Of a stretch of DNA of 64,000 nucleotides, positions 29,401 to 40,139 are shown in pieces. The stretch is from positions 98,394,001-98,458,000 of the forward strand of contig NC_083277.1 in assembly GCF_963506605.1 (NCBI RefSeq), read 5' to 3'. The notes beneath the pieces are model-generated. The model was not told the origin of the DNA. It saw only the letters and a program-made list of their open reading frames with translations, and made no database searches. Origin of the DNA: Zootoca vivipara (taxonomy: Eukaryota). Both the position numbers and the translations under genes were made by a program. The number at the start of each line of letters is the position of its first letter. Positions within the stretch are counted from its first letter, which is position 1.

Positions 29401-32400
29401 TCGGTATTAATGTTATGTATGTCTCCTGCCAAGTCTTTGGTATCACCCCTCTTCCTAAAATTTCATTTGTTATTCTTTGGTAAATGTCACCAAGATCTTT
29501 CAACTCTTCCTGTTCATGGGTAAAAGTAGATGAGAATTACTGTGGAAACATAATCTGTTGTTTAGTTGTATAGGTAATTAGGCAAACTATCTTATTGCAA
29601 CTCTGGCAAATGCACAAAATAAACCCCATTAGAGCTGATAATATGGTTATAAATTAAACAGTTGTCCGAATCAGAAGTTCTACTTTGAAAATGGAGCTCA
29701 GTGTAAGAAAGCCAGTCTTGGATTATGGAATTTGCTCTCAATGGGGTTTCACCTAGCCACTTCCCATAAAAAGAACTTGTTCCATTGGCAGTGGGTAACA
29801 AAGTTTAGTACAATGGGGGTGGGGAAGAGCCCCTGCTGAAAAAGGGCTAAGAGCTTAACCCCACTGCAGTAAGCCTCAGGTGCTGAAAATTCAGTGTTTT
29901 CCAAGTATCACTGTGGTTCAGGGCAGTCTCAGAAAGAGCCTCTGCCATTCTTCCATGCTTCTGAGTCAACCAGGGACTGTCCTCAAAGTTCTCCAAGAAC
30001 AGTGGAGACCCTCCTCCAACGTCATCCTCTTGATAGAGCAAAAATAAATAAAAATGGGAAACTTGCAAGTGTATTTGTGGGTCCTTGTCTACTGGAAGAT
30101 CTTTCCTGCATTTTGACATATGCCACTGTACAGGTTCTATAGGTGAAAATTTGAATTACAGTACTTATGGTTTTGGTTTCAGCTGCATTGCAATTTTAGG
30201 CCGTTTTTATGAAGTTATTGTTTATGTTGCATACCACTTTGGTTATATTTCAGTTAAAAAGGCAGCCATACAGTAAGTTATAATAACACAGTCCAATTTG
30301 AAACCATTTTTTCTTAAGTTCCACTGGATTCAATATAACTCAATTCCTGGACTACAGACTCAGGCTGCATAAAGACATCTGATTTATTTTGCTTGGCAAC
30401 TAAATTATGGAAGAGGTTCCCAACTAACAGATGAATATTGCACTACAGTCACTGTTTCGGCTTATGAGCATACAAATCAATCCCACTAGTCCCCAAAGAA
30501 GCAAGCATAAACACAGAGGCCACCACACTACTTGTAAAGCTTGCAAGTGCCTGGTGTATTGAACCACTACATCTGGTTCTCTGCCATCAAAAGCTTTTTA
30601 TATATAAAAAATACACTTCTAATTGAAACAGCACTGGTGACATTTTACAATGTACTAAAAAGTTAGGCTTTGATAAAGGTTTCAAATGTGGGTTTACAAC
30701 CAAAGGGTGTTGGAGTTTAATTTTGGAAATATTAGCTTCTTGTGTGATGTGTGTTGAACCACAAAGCCATCACTACTCTCTTCTAATTATGTTAAATCAT
30801 CGTCAAAGAAAGCTTCTGGGTAAATCCAACCAAATCCAAAAGAGCAGGTGCACAAACTGGCTGTGATGGGGAAACAGAGGTTACCTATTGTTGCTTCCTT
30901 AGAAGAACAGCAAAGAATATGCCAAGCTAGAATACCTTTTTCAAAAACGTTGCAGCAGTTTCCCGTTTTGTTGCTGTGATGCGTTTCACTCCATCGGGTG
31001 ATTGGACACGAATTATCTATTAAGAAAGGCAAAGGTTTTTGAAGAAAATTAGAAATAAAACAAAACTGTGAAGTTCTGAGTTTTGTGGCAAGAGGGGCCA
31101 AACATAGAGAACTAGCTTTTGAATGTAGGAAATAAAGCAGCACAAATGCAGCCTGTAAGTTCTTAGGAGGACAGTGATACAAAATTTAATGCAGGAACAT
31201 ATAACTGGCAGGAAGAGGAGTAAGTGGAATAGTAAAATATAAAGCATTTTCATATTATCCTTTTTAAAAGAATCAAAGACACACAATAATAGGTTTCTAA
31301 GTTCTTTTCCTGATAAGAGACTGAGTTTACAAATCACAAACAGCAGGAATTATATACAAGCTTAGCAATAAACATTCATGAGTTTTCAGACTGTTCTCTT
31401 AGGAGGAAAAAAATTACATCAAGTAGCATCATTAACTGCCAGTGGCTTTCATTTTAGCATAGGTAGCAGGGCCAATCGCACCTAGAGTTCAAACACCACA
31501 GCAGTACAGTGCATTACAACAGTGGAGCAATCTCTTGAGATGGAAAAAGAAAGGCAGCTATCTACTCTGGGAAAACAACAGTTCAAGGTAATTGTCCCTA
31601 GGAAGGTAATCTTGGGCCTGAAGCACTGCTGCCTTGTTTTACACTTCTGAAGCTTTCATACATAGAGGTCAAGAAAAATAATCTGATACCCCTTTGCAAC
31701 TTTGCCCTGTGAAAAAATGAAGGGCAACCTCAGCAGGAGAGCTATCCTTAAGTCCCTAGAAGGTAACCTAGGGGCCACAGGATTTTGTGGATCTCCCTCT
31801 CCATGGGTGGAACAAAAGGCCTGCCTCTTGGTGGGTGGAGTATGGATGCCTCCCCCCCATCATGTAGGAGGAGAGCATGTTGAGGGAGGCGCTGGATCCA
31901 AATTCCTCCTGTTCCCAACACACACAGAACAGGGACAGTGCGAGTGCATTGGCTCTGGTTCCAACATACCATATTGCCCTGAATTTAAGCCTCACTTTTC
32001 CCCCACATTCCAACCGTGAAAAGTTAAAGTGTGGCTTATATTCACGACCTTACAGTATGCAGCCAGGAGCGCAGGGCAAACAGCTCCAGGAGTGTGGCAA
32101 AGCGGCGCCCGACCCGTGTGTCCTCTCCTCCAAGGCCGGGAAGGGAGAGAACGAGGAAGGAAGGGGAAAGGCCACCAGCAACACAGCGCGGGAAGGGAGC
32201 AGCTTATATTTGGGTATTTCTTCTTTTTTCACCTACAATTTTAAAGGTGCAGCTTATATTTGGGTGCAGCTTATATTCGGGCTAATACGGTACTTATTTT
32301 CCCATCTACTGGGAACCATGGAAGGGATTTGTCTTTTAAAAGACTGCAGAAAGGGAAAGAGGAAAGGAAACAAACTTTACTTTTTATACTGTTGGCATAG

Positions 32401-35400
32401 TGTTTTATGTTTTATTGTACCGGCATATACTGTTTTGCACCACCTTGATACTTTCTATAAGTTTTAAGTAAATAAACATAATGTGGTTTTGTAACAACAC
32501 TGTTTTAACATTCACTTTTTCTGATGTTTGCTTTTATTACCTAACAAAATCCAACATGACAAAGCAGCATGTTGCCCCTGGGAGCAAGTCCCACTGAATT
32601 CAATAGAACTTACTTGACAGTAAACATGCAGTGGCTCTCTGTAGTATTCCACTCTGGAGTGAAAGCAGAATGACTAATACTAAGACCAAGTCACCTATTA
32701 ATTCCAGGCCCAACCCCTTTGAATTTCAACATCATGTAATAGGTCTTTTCTTTGCCATTTGAAAAATCTCCTTAAAACTTGTGGGTGTTTCCAGATGGGA
32801 ATTTACTGGGGGAATTGGTGCACATACACACACCTTTTCACAGCTTCCCCATGTCACTGCTACCATCAAAAAGCCAGCCTATACATTTTCTTTGTTGAAT
32901 CCAGATTTTCCCTTACCATGGAAAATTCAGTAAGTAAAAATAGCCAGTTATAAAAACTGCAGTCATTGCTGGTGTGAAAGCTCACTGGTGCATTTTTGGA
33001 CAGGTGGTTTGTCATGTGTCTAGCAACATTTCAGTCCATGGTCACCAAACCCATATTTTCCATTTGCTCATTGGAACACAACTTACTGGTAACTGTTATG
33101 CTTCCACCAGCCTAAATGAAATACCTCTGTTCCCTCAGACTGCAACATGCTGAAGGCACACACAGTTGGCAGGATCAATTCACTCAGTATTTTCACACAG
33201 TAAATGTGGGGATTACTTTTGAGATCATGGTAATACACTGGGATCTTTTTTTTTAAAAAAAAATAGTAACTATTGAGTCAGCCTGCTCCATCCCACTGAT
33301 GCACCTACCATATGTAAACATTGTTAATGGATGTTAGCTTGTATTTTCTTTTTTGTACATCTAAAATCAATAACTTATTTTTTTTAAAAAAAATACACAG
33401 AATTAGGTAAGACCTCTTTATCAGAATGTCCAATATTCCATGCTGCAGTACTTTTTCTGGAGGGGAGTAATGGAGAGGAGGGACGTGGGTGGCGCTGTGG
33501 TCTAAACCACAGAGCCTAGAGCTTGCGGATCAGAAGGTCGGCGGTTTGAATCCACATGATGGGGTGAGCTCCCGTTGCTCGGACCCTGCTCCTGCCCACC
33601 TAGCAGTTCTAAAGCACATCAAAGTGCAAGTAGATAAATAGGTACCGCTCCGACGAGAAGGTAAATGGCGTTTCCATGCGCTGCTCTGGTTCGCCAGAAG
33701 CTGCTTAGTCATCCTGGCCACATGACCCGGAAGCTCCCTTGGCCAGTAAAGCGAGATGAGTGGCGCAACCCCAGAGTCGTCTGCGACTGGACCTTACGGT
33801 CAGGGGTCCCTTTACCTTTAATGTGCAGTTGTGCACCTTATGGATATGGGATTTTGTTTTGTTTTTTATTGACACACCCCATCTTGTTCCTCAAATCAAT
33901 TAGCAGTTTGACATAGCTAAATGCCACTTATGTTCAAGGCCTCCCTATATTTTTAAATTAAAACCAAATGGGAATGTATAATCCTGCATCCTACCTTCCA
34001 AAAAAGTGAAAGCCCATATTTAATTCATTGGGACATATGACAACTAAGAGCTAGTAATGTTTGTTTCGGTGCACTTCCATGATTATTTTCCCCCCTCCCG
34101 AAGTGTGCACATGCAGTACAGAAATACCTGTGTGCACGCCCAAATTATAAACAAGTAGCAGAGGGCAGGCAAATAATGATTTGAGTGGAAAGCCCCTTTC
34201 CAAAAGGAAGGATACATTCCCCAAAACTCCACCCATTGGCACATAGAATAGCAACTAGCACTCATGCCTGGGGGGGGGGACACACAACTTGTGGGTGTTA
34301 ACATGCCAATCACACATAGAGAGAAAAATAGATCTGAATAATACAGTATATAGCACTTGTCCATAATTACTCTGAAACTGTAGTACTGTAATCCTCTATT
34401 GCGGTAACAAACAAAAAAGACTGTTAGAAGACACTTTTAAAATGCTGGCTATGTGGCTTTAGAAAAGAAACCTTCAAGGTTTTTGAAACTGAAAGGTTGC
34501 AGATGATAGGCAGATAAGCTGCCTCAGCAGATGGCGCAAAGCACAGAGAATATCAACCAAGAAACCTGCCAATATTAAATCCCACCTGTAAGTCAGAATC
34601 TTGTAATAGTGACATGCATTAGAATCCTTCACAAGCTGGGAAACTACCATGTTTCCTAGACAGGCAAGGACAGATAATTTTGAGAGAAGCCCCAACAAGA
34701 GCATTTCCCCAAAACTATCGTCTGTCAAATTTTTCATGGGATTTGCACTTCCTACTGAAAACCATGCTGACTCAGCTCTACTGATAAAACTTGGTTTACA
34801 CTGAAAACCAGGTGTCAGCAACCAAGTGGGGCATTTAATTGCCACAAAGAATACTACATAAACAACCTACCTTTTAAGCAGGTTAAACAGTGGCACTTAC
34901 ATTCTGTTTAGCTACAATCAAAGTGGATGATCTAACCCTACCAAAAACAGGTTTAACTAGAATGCCATTAAAACAATACCACAGTCTCGCTCTGGAGACT
35001 AAAGGCTCTGACTGCATGCCAGAAATGCCCAAATAAGGCCCTGCCTCATTTACTTGTATGGACAATTAATGAATATTGATACATATGGTCAAGACTATCA
35101 CAGATACTGGCAACAATTTGTTAACATTGGCATAAGCTATGTCTAGTTAACACACACACACACACACATACATTACTATAACTTGTGCTATCTGATCCTA
35201 TGCAGTTACATACACCTGAATCTTCACAGAACCAGGCTGTTGAGAAAACTGAGTACTAATTACCTAATAATTCAAAAGACAGCATTTCAAGCTGCCCATG
35301 GTTTCTCATGATTATGTGTTCATGCCTATGTGCTATTAATCTGTATGCACTATAGGGAGGGATACACCCACACTATACAGTCAAACCTCGGTTTACACCT

Positions 35401-37372
35401 ACCTCCGTTTACGACCGCTTCGGCGAGTGACCGCTGCGGACCCGGAAGTGTTTACATCCGGGTTCTGCAGCAACAGATGCGCATAAGCGATTTGCGCAGC
35501 GTGTGCATGCGCAGAAGTGCTCTATTGGCGCTTAGTGCACGTGCAGAAACGTGCCTTCGGGGAGCGACCGCCTCCGCGGAACGGATTGGGGTCGCAAACC
35601 GAGGTACCACTGTATGTAGTTCAACCTTTAGAAGTGTGTGCTCTTATGGCACATTCAGAGCGTCTTCAAACATCTTCTATAGGAAGGGGATGGAGCACAC
35701 AAGTAGAGCACACGCTTTGCACACAGGATGTCCTGCATTCTGTCTGTAGTATCTCCAGTTAAAAAAAGGGTCAAGCAGCAAGTAACATGAGAGGTTTTTG
35801 TCTAAGATGCTGCAAAGCTGCTGGCAATTAAGAGTAGATTATACTTGGCTAGTATTGACTGTCCTGGTGCAAGACAGCTTCCTACGGTATGTTGCATATG
35901 GTATTATAATAAATCTGTTCTTTCCCAAATGCCTCAAATAATACCCTAAATTTTCTTCCTTCATCCCATTAAAAAGTGCCTTAACACAACTTATATTTGA
36001 AGGGATTAATTTCTCACCTTGTCCACATGGACATAGGAAAACAATGTGAAGGCTTCTTCATAAAAACAACTTAATGTAAGGCAACCGCTGGAGTATTCCC
36101 ACACTCTAGCCTGAACTAAGTTTCCCTTATTCAGTAAGGAACATAATCCTCTGACATTCTACAACTGGAGCTAAGCCAAAAACACTTATGAATTTTCTAC
36201 AAGTTAAATCCAGGGTTTGGGTTTTTTTGCCTTGTACCCAACCTAACTGGGTATTGTCAGATGGATATAAATGCATCTAAAGCTTCAAGTGGAAAATAAC
36301 TGAGCTATTTATGACCGTACATTGAGTTACTGATCTCATGAGGCACAAAATTACAATTACAGCCTGTGAGCTAGCCTCCTACTTAATTCTGAAACATATT
36401 AAGGATCCAATGCCACTTGCCCCACTCACCTCTATGCCCACACTTGCACACATGCACAAACACAAGACATAATGAATTTTGGGCAGGCTGCCAAATAGCC
36501 CAACAGCACATCGATCTTGAAAAAATTGCAAAAAGTACTGTAACTGAACCTGGATGCGGGTTGCACATTGGCCACACATGCTCCCTGCTTCAATGGGTTT
36601 TTGACAGAAGTTAAAGGAGACTAACTAGGCACATGTACACTGTATTTTTTTAGTTTTATGCTAGCTGAAGTGTCATGGTTTCACCTGGAGGATTCTGGGA
36701 ATTGTAGTTTGGTGCTCTGCTGGGATTTCTTACCGGTAGTTCGCGGCCCCTCCCCCCAACACTGTACTCTCTTTGGGGGGGGGCGGAGGAAGAGAGAAGA
36801 AATTGTGATTAAAGCGGCTTAGCCCTGGAGTGCCTCGTCTTTTCCGCGGATGCTGCACTCTTCCTCCCTTTGGTGAAAGCTTCATACTCTCAAGTTTTTG
36901 GGGGGTGGGGGTGGGGAGGTCGGACGCAAGCGACCGCCAGTGCCAGTATCCCCAGGCCGATACACTCTCTCTCTCTCCCTCTGAAAGAAGGTGGGCCGAG
37001 GAATCTCCGGCCTCCAGCCCCCTCGGAGAAATCATTCTTCCGCCTCCTTCACAGGACCTGCATGGAGAGGCTGGAAGGGAATCAGACCCAGTTGGCCAAT
37101 GCCACCCACCCACTGGGGTGGAGAGGGGATCCAGGGGCAGGGCGAGGCAGTCGGGGGGGGGCGCTCCGAAGACTCGCCGACTCCCTCACCACGACAAAGT
37201 GAGGGGGGGAGGGAGCGGCGGCGCCTCCTGTTCCCTCACAGGCCTCACGCCGGGGGAACCCAGGGCAACCCAGGGCTGGCTGTGGGGGTGGGGAGGACGA
37301 CGACAGATGACCCCATGTGCTCTCTTCTCTTCTCCCCCCCCTCCAAGCCCAACTTACAATAGTCTCCGCCAT
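6803..37372 (-). CDS. NPLOC4: NPL4 homolog, ubiquitin recognition factor (p97/VCP-UFD1 cofactor); coding exons 1-12 span, 3' part outside the window
   Basis: Twelve exons with consistent phases translate to [24 protein letters not shown]...[16 protein letters not shown]...[14 protein letters not shown]...[18 protein letters not shown], matching vertebrate NPL4 as recalled. Confidence 0.97.
7992..8118 (-). CDS. NPLOC4: NPLOC4 exon 11 ([42 protein letters not shown])
   Basis: 127 nt, AG/GT. Confidence 0.95.
9460..9531 (-). CDS. NPLOC4: NPLOC4 exon 10 ([24 protein letters not shown])
   Basis: 72 nt, AG/GTGAGA. Confidence 0.96.
10853..10939 (-). CDS. NPLOC4: NPLOC4 exon 9 ([29 protein letters not shown])
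   Basis: 87 nt, AG/GT. Confidence 0.96.
12168..12232 (-). pseudogene. tRNA-Lys(CTT)-derived remnant (pseudogene or SINE head)
   Basis: Minus strand GTAGAGCATGAGACTCTTAATCTCAAGGTCATGGGTTCAAACCCCACATTAGGC; the 5' acceptor strand is degraded. Confidence 0.8.
13536..13863 (-). mobile_element. Sauria-type SINE
   Basis: Similar to the other copies; tRNA-like head, (ACCTTT) tail; sits in a TAG microsatellite. Confidence 0.9.
14431..14482. repeat. (TC)n(TG)n compound microsatellite
   Basis: Seen directly. Confidence 0.95.
15038..15272. mobile_element. Tc1/mariner-superfamily MITE
   Basis: TA-flanked TIR CC(C/G)TGTTTCTCATATT; near-identical inverted copy at 38195-38429. Confidence 0.85.
15296..15657 (+). 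mobile_element. Sauria-type SINE
   Basis: GGGACGTGGGTGGCACTGTGG...GGGGTCCCTTTACCTTT; TSD TACTAGAA. Confidence 0.9.
16695..16874 (-). CDS. NPLOC4: NPLOC4 exon 8 ([14 protein letters not shown]...AAIYEPPQ)
   Basis: 180 nt, within ORF 16674..16892. Confidence 0.96.
17214..17455. mobile_element. hAT MITE, CpG-rich
   Basis: TIR CAGGGGTCA; TSD CCTTAGAC / CTTTAGAC. Confidence 0.85.
18029..18118. mobile_element. 90-bp hAT MITE
   Basis: TIR CATAGCTGCCAAGTT; 8-bp TSD CCCTGTCA. Confidence 0.9.
18253..18376 (-). CDS. NPLOC4: NPLOC4 exon 7 ([41 protein letters not shown])
   Basis: 124 nt, within ORF 18154..18468. Confidence 0.96.
18881..18975 (-). CDS. NPLOC4: NPLOC4 exon 6 ([31 protein letters not shown])
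   Basis: 95 nt, AG/GTAAGA. Confidence 0.95.
19783..19831 (-). CDS. NPLOC4: NPLOC4 exon 5 ([16 protein letters not shown])
   Basis: 49 nt, AG/GTAAGG, zf-NPL4 cysteines. Confidence 0.95.
21215..21635 (+). mobile_element. L2-type LINE 3' fragment
   Basis: GGCCTTCTCTGTAGTGGCTCCCCGTCTGTGGAATGCTCTCCC and a terminal hairpin with (AATA)n; similar fragments at ~2160-2630, 14040-14310(-), 56845-57000 and 58730-58905(-). Confidence 0.7.
22071..22253 (-). CDS. NPLOC4: NPLOC4 exon 4 ([14 protein letters not shown]...[24 protein letters not shown])
   Basis: 183 nt, AG/GT, phase-compatible with exons 3 and 5. Confidence 0.93.
23199..23334. mobile_element. hAT MITE, 136 bp
   Basis: TIR CAGGCATCCCCAAACT; 8-bp TSD TTCTAACC; related copies at ~6112-6246, 42233-42466 and 60486-60621. 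Confidence 0.9.
25612..25834. mobile_element. Tigger/pogo-like MITE
   Basis: TA-CAGTGGTACCTTG ... CAAGGTACCACTG-TA; relatives at 35378-35612, 57151-57391 and ~61505-61772. Confidence 0.85.
26227..26339 (-). CDS. NPLOC4: NPLOC4 exon 3 ([37 protein letters not shown])
   Basis: 113 nt, AG/GTAAGT. Confidence 0.95.
26749..29481 (-). mobile_element. 5'-truncated L1-clade LINE (ORF2 RT domain plus C-terminal CCHC), poly(A) tail, 30-bp TSD
   Basis: ORF 27185..29503 contains [35 protein letters not shown] and CWKC..HCWWGC; T-rich 3'UTR; AATAAA and poly(A); TSD at 26719-26748 and 29482-29511. Confidence 0.95.
30936..31016 (-). CDS. NPLOC4: NPLOC4 exon 2 ([27 protein letters not shown])
   Basis: 81 nt, AG/GT flanked, translation matches NPL4. 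Confidence 0.95.
31969..32290. mobile_element. Tc1/mariner-superfamily MITE
   Basis: TA-CCATATTGCCCTGAATTTAAGCC ... GCTTATATTCGGGCTAATACGG-TA imperfect TIRs. Confidence 0.7.
33481..33819 (+). mobile_element. Sauria-type SINE
   Basis: Same head and tail as the other copies. Confidence 0.9.
35378..35612. mobile_element. Tigger/pogo-like MITE
   Basis: TA-CAGTCAAACCTCGG ... CCGAGGTACCACTG-TA. Confidence 0.8.
37358..37372 (-). CDS. NPLOC4: NPLOC4 coding exon 1 (MAETI)
   Basis: ATG GCG GAG ACT ATT followed by GTAAGT donor, inside a CpG island. Confidence 0.92.
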
Positions 37373-37660
37373 GTCCTCGCAACCGCTCCCGACCCTGCGT
37401 CCTGTCCCGGCACCGGTAGCGCCGCCTCCTGCCTGCCAGCCAGCTTGTGCACCGCCAATAGTGCCGCGTCACCGTTCCCGGCCCGGTAACGCAAGCGGAG
37501 GCAATAAGGTTCCGGGAGAGAAACGGTCCGGCGTCGAATGCGGGCGCTGCACTCCCCGCCCCTTCTTCTTCTTTTGGGCTTAGGCTCCGCCCACTCAGGA
37601 CTCTGTCTCTGTTCATAGGCTCCACGGGGATTCTACGCCAAGCACGTGACACGCCTCGAC
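37373..37660 (-). promoter_or_regulatory. NPLOC4 CpG-island promoter / 5'UTR
   Basis: CpG-rich stretch (~36900-37660); CCAAT at 37455, ARE-like TGACGCGGCA (37462-37472, minus strand), GC box ~37585, CACGTGAC at 37643. Confidence 0.75.
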
Positions 37661-37667
37661 AGAAGGA

Positions 37668-37668
37668 T

Positions 37669-37735
<67 letters not shown>
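37668..37735. repeat. (TTTA)n microsatellite just upstream of the NPLOC4 promoter
   Basis: ~17 direct units. Confidence 0.95.
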
Positions 37736-38194
37736 GATAAGTTTCTTAGAAAGGTAGCAACTTTTCTTTCGTCATAACTTGCAATGCAGTTGTGGTTCCC
37801 CCAAGTCTTGTAATGCGCTGAGTTTCTCCAAAATGTCCTCCTCTGGAAGCTGCTCTCTCCAGTCGCAATTCATTCATGCTTTCCCTTCTCCTGCCTGAGC
37901 ATGTCTTATGGCAGACAGGGAAACCGTTTTTACTAGGGTTAGCAATCCCAGTGCTTGTTCTAGGATTTTTGTTACACATAAATATAACGTGTCATATAAC
38001 ACGCACACACGTGTGTGCGTGTGTTAATATAATATAATATGATATAATATAATAACATTGGTTCTACTGACAGACCGGCATTACATGAACCAAAGCGATC
38101 ATACACACACAAACACTAATTTTTATTAGTTTTCAATTACAATCCAACAATAGCCTCATTATAGCAATACCAATTTATAATACAATTACTAATA

Positions 38195-38429
38195 CCGTGT
38201 TTCTCATATTATAAGACATGTCTTATATTTATTTTTTCCTCAAAAAAACATACTATGGCTTATTTTCAAGGGATGTCTTATTTTTTTCCTCCTCCTCCTG
38301 CCGCAGCCGGCATTGCTGCTGTGCCTATCACTATGTCTTATTTTCGGGGTATGGCTTATATTCCTTGAATGCTTAAAAATCCTGCTATGGCTTATTTTAT
38401 GGGTATGTCTTAAAATATGAGAAACAGGG
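38195..38429. mobile_element. Tc1/mariner-superfamily MITE (inverted copy of 15038-15272)
   Basis: Same TIRs, TA TSD. Confidence 0.85.
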
Positions 38430-40103
38430 TACCAATCATTCAAATACCGAATTTAGATGTCCCCGCCCCCTGCGTGTTAGAAGAATGGATGGTTTGGGGT
38501 TTTTCTTTATTTCTGCATTCCAATATCTTACTAATTTCAATTGAATCCCGGTCGTAATAATAATCCCTTCTACAACAGCTGCAATATTAATAACTTCTAT
38601 TCGTGTTGACACGTTAAATGGCATTTGGAACCACAAGTGAGGCACTCAAACTATATCCTTGCTCTTCCTGTGTGTGGACATTATTCTGTCCCTTGTGTTT
38701 CTTCCTGTCCTTGTAAAATGTTATGTCTATCTTTTCCAAAGGGATCTATTGTTGTCTATGTTGACCCATGCAAAAAAGAAAGGGGGGCGGGCAAACTTGA
38801 AAATAGTCCAATCTGAATAAGGGAGAAATACTTTTTTTATAAAAAAAGAATAAAAATAATGCCTTATAGCCATTGCCTCACAATCTGTGCTGAGAGGAAG
38901 GGCCTTACTGTTTGGGCAGTCCAGGACCTCCATACACACAGCACAGATTTGCACCCAAGGAAGGGTACATTGGTGCTGTATTTTGACTTCACCCCTGGAG
39001 GTTCACTCCATTGTCTCTCAAGACAGATGGATGTCAGCAGCAGCAGCAACAATAATATCCTGGATAATAGCTCTGTAGGGTAGGTAGAGGATTTTGGGAG
39101 ATTATCTGCCTTCCTATTGATGCAACATACCCTTGCAGAGATCATTTTAAACATTCAGCTATGTTTTAAAAGTACAGGATATTTCCTCCCGTTAGGAATA
39201 TTTTACACAATGCCTACTTTACACACTGGTGCATTGGATCCTTAGCATAGGAGTCAACTCCTAGGGGCTGAGGGGGCTTTGCCCCTTCAATAAAATATTT
39301 GACACCCCCCCCCCACCAGTTCATGGGCATTGGTATTCAAATGGCGAGTGTGCACCGTGTCATGTGATGGATTATGTACGGTGGGGCTTATTAGCTTGGC
39401 CCCCCCCCATATTTTATTTTATTTGGCACCCCTGATCTGTCACATTTCTCTTTTGCAGATGGGAAGCCAGAGCTTGGAATTTCTTTATGGCCACTCAGCA
39501 AATCCATTACTGAATTGGAACTTGAATTCATATGTTACAAATCAGAAGTTTTGCAGAATGTACGGTAAAACTGTGATGCTTTGATGCTCTTCCGGATGTT
39601 CAGTGTGTCTCCTGTTTGGCGGTACAGTTAAGAGTTTAGGCCAAATAAGGACATAGCTAATTTTCAGGGTAAGGTGAATCTCATTTTGATCTTGCAATTT
39701 TATCTGTCGTGGAAGGCTACAGTGCAGCAGAACCCTTATCATTGTAAGTCTGAATATTATATATATGTGTGTGTGTGTATGAAATGCATTCAGTTGTGTG
39801 GTATTAATTATAGCACAGAACATATAACTACTTAGTGGATAATTCATAAGCAAGACAAAGGTGGCCTCTTTGAGCCAAGAAATGTGATTTCTCACATGAT
39901 ACAAGTATGACTGCAGCGGGGTCTGCCCTGAAACTCCCTCCCCCTGTGCAGTGCATAACATTTGCAGCTTTCTCGCTTGGTAAGCAAGGAGAAGGGCAGA
40001 ATGATATCCAACTAATTGCTTTTACGGCCTTAGAAATATGAAAGAGAAACTTGCTGCATTTTTAAATCCTTTTTTGCCAGGACTATCTTTGCAGGACAGC
40101 AAG

Positions 40104-40139
40104 ATGGAAGATGATGAAACCAGTGCATTGCTACCAAAG
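40104..40139 (+). CDS. TSPAN10: TSPAN10 first coding exon (MEDDETSALLPK)
   Basis: Good Kozak (AAGATGG), AAG|GTAATT donor, resembles human MEEGERSPLLSQ. Confidence 0.8.

Noticed and set aside
31877-32467. 196-aa ORF
   Set aside because: Runs through a mariner-type MITE; no transposase or other motif
36830-37489. 219-aa ORF and several overlapping ORFs
   Set aside because: Stop-poor GC-rich CpG island of the NPLOC4 promoter and intron 1; low complexity, no domain
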